DNA from: an uncultured bacterium | GTDB lineage: Bacteria > Krumholzibacteriota > Krumholzibacteriia > JACNKJ01 | Direction of reading: 5' to 3' | DNA length: 64,000 bases | Assembly (NCBI GenBank): GCA_964410395.1 | Contig: CAYPGS010000003.1 | Span: 7,112-71,111, forward strand | Part shown: positions 16,914 through 25,101 of the stretch, piece by piece | How positions within the stretch are numbered: the stretch's first letter is position 1 | Layout: each line of letters begins with the position of its first letter | The notes under the pieces: model-generated | The model's database searches: none | What the model was told of the DNA's origin: nothing | What the model saw: only the letters and a program-made list of their open reading frames with translations | Made by a program: the position numbers and the translations under genes

Positions 16914-19717
16914 TACTTCAACAACACCAGCTTCCGCGATTCCCGGATCCCGTTGGCCTCGAAGTTCAGGAAGTAGATGCCCGAACTCAGGGGGCGGCCG
17001 GCCTCGTCCACCGCGGTCCATTCGAGCTCGGTGGAGCCGGCGGGGAAGCGCTTGTCGGCCAGCATGGCTACCTGTCGTCCCGCAAGATCGTGAATCGTGA
17101 CGCGGGCCTGTCCGGCCTTGGCCAGGCTGAACACGCAGGTGACCTTCGGGTTGAAGGGGTTGGGATAGGCCGACAGCGAATTCAGGGCGGGCGTCGTGCC
17201 CTCAACGTCGGTGCCGCCCGGCGCGGGCGATTCGTAGGCGCCGAGATCTGGCGGAGTATCGGCGGGGTTCGGACGGGGCAGGCAGTCGATGTCCTCGATC
17301 ACGTCGAAGGCCTCGCTGCCCGCGGCGATGGCCGGACCCTGGGCGTCGGGCATGAAGTCTCCGCCCGGCGCGTCGCCGAAGAGCGGATCCGCATCGAGGA
17401 TGTTCTCGCCCGTGTATCCGCCCTCCACGATGCAGTCGTGCACGGTCATGCCGCTGAAGGCCAGGATCTCGGGGTAGGTCGCGCCCGTGTCGCCCCAGAA
17501 AATGCTGTTGGCGATCTCGCAGCTGCCGCCCAGCATGGCCAGTCCGCCGCCGTCCATATAGGCGGTGTTGTTCCAACTGGTCAGGTGCAGGATCGTCGAA
17601 GCCCCGCCCGCCAGATGGATGCCGCCGCCCAGGGGGCCTTCGTTGTGGGTGAAGAGGGCGTTCTCCAAGTAGAGTCCTCCGCCGCCGGTCACCGCCAGTC
17701 CGCCGCCGCCGGTGGAGGATCCCGCGTCCACGAGGTTGTGGATGAACTTGGACCGCAGCATGTGCAGCTGCGAGTTGCTCGTGTGGATGCCGCCGCCCGC
17801 GACGCCGGCGTAGTTGTCCTCGAAGTAGGCGTCGGTGGACACGAGCACGCCGCCGACCATGGAAATCGCGCCGCCGCGTTCGGCCGCCTGGTTGGCGTGG
17901 AAGCGGCTGCCGTCGATGCGAAGGGTGTCGCCTTCGAAGTAGATGGCGGCGCCATCGCCGGCCGTGACGTTGGCGGTGAACTCGCAGCCCTCGAAGCCGG
18001 GGGAGCCCGTGGCCCAGACGGCCGCGCCGTCGGGACTGAGCCCATCCATGCTCGTGCTGTCGATGAGGCAGTTCGCGAAGACGGGCGAGGAGTTCTCGAT
18101 GAGGATGGCGCCGGCCATGTCCGTCTGGCGCGCCCTGCGCAGGGTCAGGTTCTCGATGCGGCAGTCGGCGGTCTCGCCGCTGTGCACGTGGAAGAGGCGA
18201 TAGGCGTCCTCGCCGTGGATGACCACCTCCTGGGGTAGTTCGCCCGCGCCTTGGATCACGATGCTCTTGCCGCCCGGATCGAGATTGCGATTCTCGACGC
18301 CCGTGTAGACGCCGGGCAGGATCTTCACCGTGTCGCCGGGTGCCGCGATGTTGATGCCCAGCTGGATGGTGTCGTAGGGATAGTCGGGGCTGCCGTTCAT
18401 GAAGCCGCCGGCGACGTCGTCATCCACGTACCAGACCGGACCCTCCCAGCAGGTTCCGCCGTAGTAGACATAGAAGATGTCGCAGTAGACCTCCGTGTCG
18501 GTCTCGCCCATGTCGTCGGTGATCTGGAGGGTGGGCTCGTACCAGCCCATCTCCATGTAGATGTGCTCATGGGGGCCGGGGCCGCTGGCGTCCCATTCTC
18601 CGTCGCCCTCGAAGTCCCAGAGCCATTCGGTGATGGTGCTGCCTTCATGGACGCTGCGATCGGTGAAGACCACCGTGTCGCAGGTCTGGGGGGCCAGATC
18701 ACTCACTTCCATGGCGGCGTGCAGGCCCAGGCCCGTGCCGCTGTGGCTGACCCAGCGGGTGTTGCGGCCGAAGTCGCAGTTCGAGTCCCAGGCGATCCAG
18801 AAGTAGCCCTCCATGCCCCAGTCCTTGCCCCAGCTGTTCTTGGCGATCCAGTACTCGCCCTCGTCGTCGTATCCCACGATGAGCACCGCGTGTCCGCCGT
18901 CATAGTCGCCGCTGGTGTGGCGGTAGACTCCGCCGGTGTAGCTGTCGAAGTCGGTGTAGACGTCGAAGCTCGTGGCAACGGGACCGAAATTGTGCAGGGC
19001 GTCCTTGATGGCCGTCACGCTGGGCGAGTAGCACACCGTGCCCCAGTTCTCGAAGTAGACGCGGCTGTCATCGGCCTCGGCGCAGGCGTCCGAGCAGGGT
19101 GTGCCGTGACTGCCCGTGTATGGGAAGCAGCAGTCGTCGATCATGCCGTACTGGATGCCGAAGACCATGGCGTGCCATGACCATCCGCCGTCGCAGTCGT
19201 CCCAGTAGCCGAGGTAGTCGTCGAGGCAGGAGAGCACGTACTGCTCGGAGAGGTCCCACTCGCTGATCTGTCCGCCGCCCAGGGCGGTTAGCAGGGCGCT
19301 CTCCATGGCACCGGTGGCCGCGAAGTCCCAGCAGGATCCGCAGGAGCCCTGATCGCGCACGCCGGTGACGAAACTGCCGCCGTTGTCGCGCCAGTCCAGG
19401 TGGCTGCGTCCGCGGGGGATGCCGAGCATTTCATAAGGAGCCTCGTCGAGGGGCGCGAACTCCTCGGGCATGTTGTGCATGCGGCGAAGGCTGCGCTCTT
19501 CGGGGCTGAGACGCATCATGCCGGTCTCGCCGGCGGTCCATCCCGCGCCCTGTCGCTCGATCTCGGCCTGGATGGCGGCGATCTCCGCTTCCATGGCGCT
19601 GCGCTCAGCAGTAGTTAATGTGTCGCCCTTCAGAAGGGGGCCGGAGGCCTCCTCGAGAGCCAAGACCATTGAGGGAATCAGGATCATTAATACCGAAAAC
19701 AGGGTACGCGCTTTCAT
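16913..19717 (-). CDS. Secreted papain-family (C1A) cysteine protease with PKD-like domain, right-handed beta-helix region and C-terminal T9SS sorting domain
   Basis: The catalytic motifs are QGSCGSCWDFAATGAMESA (Cys), GGHAVLIVGYDDEGEYW (His) and IAKNSWGKDWGMEGYFWI (Asn). The signal peptide is MKARTLFSVLMILIPSMVLA. The middle region has beta-helix-like repeats (GGGIH, GGGLA). The C-terminus reads YPNPFNPKVTCVFSL...IHDLAGRQVAML...SGIYFLNF...RKLVLLK. Confidence 0.85.
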   Translation of the reverse strand: MKARTLFSVLMILIPSMVLALEEASGPLLKGDTLTTAERSAMEAEIAAIQAEIERQGAGWTAGETGMMRLSPEERSLRRMHNMPEEFAPLDEAPYEMLGIPRGRSHLDWRDNGGSFVTGVRDQGSCGSCWDFAATGAMESALLTALGGGQISEWDLSEQYVLSCLDDYLGYWDDCDGGWSWHAMVFGIQYGMIDDCCFPYTGSHGTPCSDACAEADDSRVYFENWGTVCYSPSVTAIKDALHNFGPVATSFDVYTDFDSYTGGVYRHTSGDYDGGHAVLIVGYDDEGEYWIAKNSWGKDWGMEGYFWIAWDSNCDFGRNTRWVSHSGTGLGLHAAMEVSDLAPQTCDTVVFTDRSVHEGSTITEWLWDFEGDGEWDASGPGPHEHIYMEMGWYEPTLQITDDMGETDTEVYCDIFYVYYGGTCWEGPVWYVDDDVAGGFMNGSPDYPYDTIQLGINIAAPGDTVKILPGVYTGVENRNLDPGGKSIVIQGAGELPQEVVIHGEDAYRLFHVHSGETADCRIENLTLRRARQTDMAGAILIENSSPVFANCLIDSTSMDGLSPDGAAVWATGSPGFEGCEFTANVTAGDGAAIYFEGDTLRIDGSRFHANQAAERGGAISMVGGVLVSTDAYFEDNYAGVAGGGIHTSNSQLHMLRSKFIHNLVDAGSSTGGGGLAVTGGGGLYLENALFTHNEGPLGGGIHLAGGASTILHLTSWNNTAYMDGGGLAMLGGSCEIANSIFWGDTGATYPEILAFSGMTVHDCIVEGGYTGENILDADPLFGDAPGGDFMPDAQGPAIAAGSEAFDVIEDIDCLPRPNPADTPPDLGAYESPAPGGTDVEGTTPALNSLSAYPNPFNPKVTCVFSLAKAGQARVTIHDLAGRQVAMLADKRFPAGSTELEWTAVDEAGRPLSSGIYFLNFEANGIRESRKLVLLK

Positions 19718-19839
19718 GCGACCTCCAGAGGGAGCCGGGACCAGCTCTCTATTTCAATTGATTGCCCGAGTTGCCGCCGCCGTCGCGCCGGCCTGGGAGG
19801 CGGGCAGCCATGGGGTCAGGCCGCCCGCGTTCCCGATTG

Positions 19840-21567
19840 CTACTTGAGTAGTACTAACTTCTCAGATGCCATACTTCCCGGCCCTGAGAATTTCGCCAGA
19901 TATACGCCGCTGGTCAAGGGGCGGCCGGCCTCATCGAGACCGTCCCAGCTCACCGATCCCGGGCCCGCGGAAAGGCGCTCGTCCAGGAGCACCCGCACCC
20001 TGCGTCCGGTAAGATCGAAGATCTCCAGGCGCACCGAGGCTTCCCGATCCAGCTCGAAACGGATGTCCGTCTTCGGGTTGAAGGGATTGGGATGGGCGCC
20101 CATAAGCCTGAGTCCAGCGACTTCCGGCGTGTCCGGCACCGAGGTTCCACCCTCGTGGCTCAGCGAGCCCTCGAAGAAGAGGTCGTCGATCCAGCCCGAT
20201 ATGGGGGATGCTCCTGCGGTTCCATTCCCCGAAGCCTCGATGAAGAAGGTGTCGAAGAAGGGATTGAAGATCGTGGTCGAGCTCCAGAGTTGGTTACCCA
20301 GCTTGTCCATGAGCTTGATGGAAGTCTCCGAGCCCGTATCGGTCATGTGGCTCACGTGCACGCGCAGGAACTGGCCCGACGGGATGCCGTCGAAGCTGTC
20401 CTGATAGACCGGATCGCCTTCCTCGAAAAGGGTGAAGACCATCTCGAAGGAGTCTGGCCAGACCGCGGAGGATCGAATACCGACACGTATTCCCCGGTAC
20501 CCTTCCATGGACATGAGGACCATGTGGCTGTCCTGCCCGGGATCCTGCACCAGGAAGCTTTCGCCCACGCGCCAGTCGCCGCCGAGGGGAACCAGCTCCT
20601 TCTGCATGCGTGTGGCGGTGGCCGATTCGCCATGGGATTCGAACTCGATATGCTTGTTCACGGGATCGAAGCCGGCGATCTGAGGCGGCATGATGTAGGG
20701 GAACCAGAAATCCTCGATGCCGATCATGAAGTCGTAGAGATTGTCCCCCTCGAAGCCCAGCCACTGGCTGGTGGCGTCGAGCCAGTCGGCCCTCACCTGG
20801 GGATCGCCGATGGCCTCGAGCATGAAGCTCTGGAAATGGATGGGCTGCCACTTGAAGCGGTCGCTGGAAACGGGCACCTGGATATCCGGATGGGTGGGAA
20901 CGAAGCCGACCATCCAGGCGTCCATGAAGGGCTGGGTCCAGATAGGATCCACACGCGTGGGATCCGGATCGGGCAGGCTGCTGTACTGCGGAATGAAGCT
21001 GCCCAGTCCGTCGAAGTAGCCGAAGGGAATGGCGGTGACCTCTTCGACCAGGAAGTTCAGGAAGGGCACGTCCACGCCGAGAATGTCGCTCTGGAAGTTT
21101 TCGTAGATGGGGTTGCCCGCCATCTCTTCCATGTGATCGAGGATGCCTTGCCCGCTCAGCAGCACCTTGCCGCCCAGGTTCATGTAGTCCACGAGCAGGA
21201 AGAGTTCTTCCTCCTGGAGCACATCGGCCTCGTTGGCCGCGCAGTTCCAGATGACCATGGGGTACTCCATCAGGTCCGCAAGGGTCGGCCGGATGGGGGC
21301 CGTGGCGCCGTCGGGCCAGATCTCGTAGACGTCGTAATCGTATCCGGCCAGATCGAGTGCCTGAATGATGTAGAACTCGTACTCCGGATCTTCCGTGTAG
21401 CGACTCCAGCCCTCGCGGTTCTTGCCTTCGCTGGGCTCCCAGTCGTCGTCGACCAGGGCCAATTTGCGCGTGCGGGCTGAGGCCTCCATCGGCTGGAGCA
21501 GTTCCCCGGCGACGAAGAGCGCCAGGGCCATCAGAAGCATGGATAGTATGGGACGCATCGGCTTCAT
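19840..21567 (-). CDS. Secreted protein of unknown function with C-terminal T9SS sorting domain
   Basis: It has an N-terminal signal peptide (MKPMRPILSMLLMALALFVAGELL) and a C-terminus HPNPFNPKTDIRFELDREASVRLEIFDLTGRRVRVLLDERLSAGPGSVSWDGLDEAGRPLTSGVYLAKF...EKLVLLK. A GAGGT RBS and an upstream TATAAT are present. Confidence 0.7.
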   Translation of the reverse strand: MKPMRPILSMLLMALALFVAGELLQPMEASARTRKLALVDDDWEPSEGKNREGWSRYTEDPEYEFYIIQALDLAGYDYDVYEIWPDGATAPIRPTLADLMEYPMVIWNCAANEADVLQEEELFLLVDYMNLGGKVLLSGQGILDHMEEMAGNPIYENFQSDILGVDVPFLNFLVEEVTAIPFGYFDGLGSFIPQYSSLPDPDPTRVDPIWTQPFMDAWMVGFVPTHPDIQVPVSSDRFKWQPIHFQSFMLEAIGDPQVRADWLDATSQWLGFEGDNLYDFMIGIEDFWFPYIMPPQIAGFDPVNKHIEFESHGESATATRMQKELVPLGGDWRVGESFLVQDPGQDSHMVLMSMEGYRGIRVGIRSSAVWPDSFEMVFTLFEEGDPVYQDSFDGIPSGQFLRVHVSHMTDTGSETSIKLMDKLGNQLWSSTTIFNPFFDTFFIEASGNGTAGASPISGWIDDLFFEGSLSHEGGTSVPDTPEVAGLRLMGAHPNPFNPKTDIRFELDREASVRLEIFDLTGRRVRVLLDERLSAGPGSVSWDGLDEAGRPLTSGVYLAKFSGPGSMASEKLVLLK

Positions 21568-21598
21568 GGCCTACCTCGTGGAACGGGTGGTATTAACC

Positions 21599-21604
21599 AT
21601 TATA
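21599..21604 (-). promoter_or_regulatory. -10 box TATAAT (minus strand) for the 19840-21567 gene
   Basis: On the minus strand the sequence reads gggTATAATggtt, about 30 nt upstream of ATG 21567, in the divergent intergenic region shared with the GT39-like gene. Confidence 0.4.
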
Positions 21605-21690
21605 CCCGATCTCGGGCGACATGAAAACAGCGGCCGCCACTCCCACCCGCGCTTGCCTTAAGCGAGCTAAATCATTAAGGTGCCCCGGTT

Positions 21691-23685
21691 ATGAGCAGGG
21701 AGAATCTCATGGAATCAGAGGAAAGAAGCGGGAAGGATCGTCCCTTCGCCGTCTGGCTCTTCGCGCTCAGTTCGCTGGCCGCCATGGCCTTGCGGCTGGC
21801 CTACCTGTTTCAGGTGCGGGACGCCACGCTCTTCAAGGCCCCCCTACGGGACTCGGCCTTCTATGTGGCGAGGGCCTGGGAGATCGTGCATGGGGACATC
21901 ATCGGCAAGGCCGTGAGCTTCCACAGCGCGCCTCTCTATCCCTACATCATCGCCGCGGTCATGGGTACCGCGGGCAGCGATCAGGGACTGTGGTGGCTGC
22001 GAATCGTGCAGGCCCTGGCCTCCGCCCTCACCGTGGGACTGCTCTCGATCACGGCTCTGCGCCTTTTCGGTCGTTGGGCGGCCACGGCCACCGCGATCAT
22101 GGCAGTGCTCTACGCGCCCTTCCTGTTCTATTCCGGCGAGATTCTCGAGATCACCTTCACCCTGCTCTTCCTCGCCTGGGCCCTGTGGATTCTGGCGCGG
22201 GACGAGCGACCGGGACCCGGCCGCCTCTTCTCCGTGGGGCTGCTTCTCGGCCTGGCGGCACTCGGCAAGCCGAACCTGCTCATCCTCGGCCCCGTGCTCT
22301 GGTTGACCCTCGGGCTCTTCCGTCCCCTCGGTCGCCCCTCGGCCTGGGCCTGGCGCCAGGGACTTCTGCTGGCCGCGGGATTCCTGGTGGCCGTGCTTCC
22401 CTTCACCTTCCGCAACAAGCTGGCGGGGGACGACTGGGTGCTCATCAGCAGCAACGGCGGCATCAACCTCTTCATCGGCAACAATCCCCAGGCCAACGGC
22501 GGCTTCCAGGTTCCCAGCGCATTGGCCACCGATCTTCGCGGCGGCAGCGCCCTGGTGGCCGAGGAGGCCAAGGGGCGCCCCATGAAACCCTCGGAGGTGA
22601 GCCGGTTCTGGGCCGACAGATCCCTGGCCTACTTCGCTTCCCATCCCGGTCACGCGGCGGGGCTCTGGATTCGCAAGGTCGGCTTGCTGCTGAATCACTA
22701 CGAGATTCCCAACCACTACAACTTCTACTTCTTCCGCGAGTACTACGCGCCCATCCTGAAGTGGCCTCTGGCGGCCTATTCCATGCTGCTTCCCCTGGGC
22801 ATCCTGGGTCTGGCCTTCGGCGCACGGCGCGACCGCCGGACCCGCAGGCAGGCCTGGAGCCTGCTCGCGGTGGCCCTGACCGTGATCCTCTTCTTCGTGA
22901 CCAGCCGCTATCGCATGCCGGTGGTGATTCTCGTCTTCCCCTTCGCGGGTTTCGGTCTGGCGCTGCTCGGACAGACTCTGCTGGCTCGTCGCTGGAAGCT
23001 TCTCGGCGCGGCCCTGGCGATCCTGCTGGCGGGCCTCGTACTCGTTCGCCTGCCCCTGGTGAAGAACCAGAACTTCGAGTCGGAGTTCATGTCCCTGGCC
23101 AATTTCTGGTTCACCCAGAAGGACTATCAGCAGGCGGCCTTCTACAGCACCGAGGCCATCCGGCAGAACGACGAGTCGGCCGCGGCCTGGCAGAACCTGG
23201 GCTACGCCTATCTGGAGCAGGGCACCTTCGTGAAGGCGGAGGACTGTCTCTGGAAGGCCGTTTCCCTGGATCCCAACTTCGGATACGCCTGGGGCAACCT
23301 CGCCAAACTCTACTTCGACTATGCGCGTCCCTATCTGGCGACCAAGTGCCTGGACAAGGCCGAGACCCTGGCGCCGCTCCTGAAGCCGCGTCTCAAGGAA
23401 ATCAGGCAGATGATGCCGGTGCTGGCCTCCCAGTGGGATGAGCGGGCCGAGCGCCTGCTCGACGAGTTGGAGGTCAAGGAGGCCGAGAGCCCGGGTGATC
23501 CCCGGCACCTGGCCGAGCGGGCGCAGATCATAGGACTTCGCCTGGAGCAGCACGCCGAGGCCCTGGCCATCCTGGACGAGATTCCCGAGTCGGCGCTCGT
23601 TGCCGACAGCTCCCTGGCCGAGTACGTGAACTTCATGCGTGGGCGATTGAACACCGTGCACTCCCACGCGCACTTCCTGGATTGA
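21691..23685 (+). CDS. Polytopic membrane glycosyltransferase of the GT39/GT83 (PMT/ArnT-like) type with C-terminal TPR repeats
   Basis: It has about 11 predicted TM helices. The first extracytoplasmic loop carries RDSAFYVARAWEI (a DE/DxAxY-like motif of ArnT/PMT_2 enzymes). The C-terminal ~180 aa form a TPR array (AAWQNLGYAYLEQG..., YAWGNLAKLYFDY...). Confidence 0.75.
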   Translation: MSRENLMESEERSGKDRPFAVWLFALSSLAAMALRLAYLFQVRDATLFKAPLRDSAFYVARAWEIVHGDIIGKAVSFHSAPLYPYIIAAVMGTAGSDQGLWWLRIVQALASALTVGLLSITALRLFGRWAATATAIMAVLYAPFLFYSGEILEITFTLLFLAWALWILARDERPGPGRLFSVGLLLGLAALGKPNLLILGPVLWLTLGLFRPLGRPSAWAWRQGLLLAAGFLVAVLPFTFRNKLAGDDWVLISSNGGINLFIGNNPQANGGFQVPSALATDLRGGSALVAEEAKGRPMKPSEVSRFWADRSLAYFASHPGHAAGLWIRKVGLLLNHYEIPNHYNFYFFREYYAPILKWPLAAYSMLLPLGILGLAFGARRDRRTRRQAWSLLAVALTVILFFVTSRYRMPVVILVFPFAGFGLALLGQTLLARRWKLLGAALAILLAGLVLVRLPLVKNQNFESEFMSLANFWFTQKDYQQAAFYSTEAIRQNDESAAAWQNLGYAYLEQGTFVKAEDCLWKAVSLDPNFGYAWGNLAKLYFDYARPYLATKCLDKAETLAPLLKPRLKEIRQMMPVLASQWDERAERLLDELEVKEAESPGDPRHLAERAQIIGLRLEQHAEALAILDEIPESALVADSSLAEYVNFMRGRLNTVHSHAHFLD

Positions 23686-23700
23686 GCGACCAGGAGGCCC

Positions 23701-24480
23701 ATGGAAAACGTGGCCTTTCGCGGTTTCTCCGCGGTGACACCCGAGAACACCCTCACGGCCTTCCGCCGGGCTCGGCAGGCTGGTTGTCACCGCATCAGCA
23801 GCGAACTGCGGCTCAGTCGCGATGGTCGCGTCTTCTGCTTCGCCGACCCGTCCCTTCATCGTGTCGCCGGCAGCCACGGCTGGTTCCACCGACTCAGCAG
23901 CTTCGAGGTCAGGATGCGCGAACTGCCCTACGGCGGGCAGATCCGTCGAGTGGAGCGCATCCCCTCACTGGACGATCTCCTGGAGTTCGCATCCGAATCG
24001 GATCTCGGGCTTCAGCTCGACCTGCCCGCAGGAAGCAGCCCGCGCTGGAGGGGGATCGTCGAATCCACCGTCGATACGCTTCTACAGAGCCTCGAGAACT
24101 GGAAAGGCAATCTCGATCTTCAGCTCTGCTCGGAGGATCGCAGAATCCTGCGAAGCCTGCTCGAGCAGAAGACCTGGCCGGTGGGGGCCATCGTTCGCCG
24201 ATTCGCGGACGGCGTAGCATTTCTTGAGGAAGCAAATCTGAACTTCCTTCGGGCCGACCGCGCGCTTTTTATTCCTTCGCGCAGGAGGAAGAAGGGTGAT
24301 CCGATTCAGCTGGGCGGATCGAATCTGCTGAAGGCCAGTCGCGAGAGCGGCCGGCGCTTCTATATCGGGCCTGTGCAAAAAACCCCGGAACTGGCTCTGC
24401 TCTCCACCCTGGAACCCGACGGTCTGCTCAGTCCGAGCACGGCTCAATTGTCCGCTCTGGGGTACCGCCGGGAAGTTTGA
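23701..24480 (+). CDS. Glycerophosphodiester phosphodiesterase (GDPD) family protein, possibly catalytically divergent
   Basis: The GDPD-like N-terminus is VAFRGFSAVTPENTLTAFRRARQAGCHRISSELRLSRDGRVFCFAD. The canonical HRG and HD histidines appear as FRG and AD. The start lies 16 nt after the GT39-like gene stop, suggesting one operon. Confidence 0.65.
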   Translation: MENVAFRGFSAVTPENTLTAFRRARQAGCHRISSELRLSRDGRVFCFADPSLHRVAGSHGWFHRLSSFEVRMRELPYGGQIRRVERIPSLDDLLEFASESDLGLQLDLPAGSSPRWRGIVESTVDTLLQSLENWKGNLDLQLCSEDRRILRSLLEQKTWPVGAIVRRFADGVAFLEEANLNFLRADRALFIPSRRRKKGDPIQLGGSNLLKASRESGRRFYIGPVQKTPELALLSTLEPDGLLSPSTAQLSALGYRREV

Positions 24481-24865
24481 GGCCCCAGGCGCCGGAAGCC
24501 TCAGAGTGTCGGGTGAAATCCCCCAACACCTTCAAAGATTATTATCCGGCTCAAGGAGGCCGGTGCTGCCGAGAAATACCGCCTGGATCCTCAGGGTTTC
24601 TCAGAGGAGATAGCGGGCTCGCGGGCTTTCACCCATGGCGCCCTGCGGAAAGAGGGCTCCAGAAATCCCAGTGAGATAAATTAAATATACTCAGTATGGA
24701 CTCTTCTCGGTCTTGACCCGGGAAGGGCTTGCGAGCCATGACCTTCGGGGCCTCGATGAGTCGATCCCCGGGACAATCCGGTTTCTGAGCCTCCGTGTCT
24801 TGCGATCTCCGATCTGCAGGCTGTCTTCCTGCAAGGGGCTGGGGACAACCCTCTAGGAGGTCATT

Positions 24866-25030
24866 ATGTTTAGAAACTGGATAGTCATATCTCTCATCGC
24901 CTTCCTGGGCATCATTGGCTCCCTGCATGTCGTGCCCAACGGTCCCATCGGTTCGACGCCTATCGGCTTGGATGGTGGAGACAACGGCGATGGCGGAGAT
25001 GATGACAACGATCCTAAACCTGGCCCCTAA
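24866..25030 (+). CDS. Small membrane-anchored peptide (54 aa) with Gly/Asp-rich acidic C-terminal tail; not in the supplied ORF track (below its length cutoff)
   Basis: A perfect AGGAGG RBS at 24855-24860 sits 5 nt before the ATG. The product is MFRNWIVISLIAFLGIIGSLHVVPNGPIGSTPIGLDGGDNGDGGDDDNDPKPGP. A strong terminator follows immediately. The gene lies in a locally low-GC pocket. Confidence 0.6.
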   Translation: MFRNWIVISLIAFLGIIGSLHVVPNGPIGSTPIGLDGGDNGDGGDDDNDPKPGP

Positions 25031-25055
25031 AGAAAACGCAATCGCTCATGTATGA

Positions 25056-25088
25056 AGGGGGCCCGTCTTGACGGGCCCTTTTTTTATT
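25056..25088 (+). terminator. Rho-independent terminator after the small peptide gene
   Basis: The GC stem gggcccgtc/gacgggccc is followed by a T7 run (tttttttatttg) about 25 nt after the TAA stop. Confidence 0.8.
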
Positions 25089-25101
25089 TGAATACTGCGG
25101 C

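Noticed and set aside
13940-18238. 1432-aa ORF on the plus strand spanning two T9SS cargo genes
   Set aside because: It is antisense to two well-supported minus-strand genes (with catalytic motifs, signal peptides and T9SS CTDs). It has a low-complexity Gly/Ala/Arg/Val-rich translation typical of stop-codon-poor antisense frames in about 67% GC DNA, and no RBS.
21621-23889. Long overlapping ORFs (21621-23441 plus strand, 21844-23889 minus strand) across the GT39-like gene
   Set aside because: These are alternative or antisense frames of the membrane glycosyltransferase gene. Their Arg/Gly/Pro-rich translations have no domain features, whereas the chosen frame gives coherent TM helices and TPRs.
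24629-24928. 99-aa minus-strand ORF antisense to the small peptide gene
   Set aside because: It has no RBS or promoter. The opposite-strand peptide gene has a perfect AGGAGG and terminator, so that strand is favoured.
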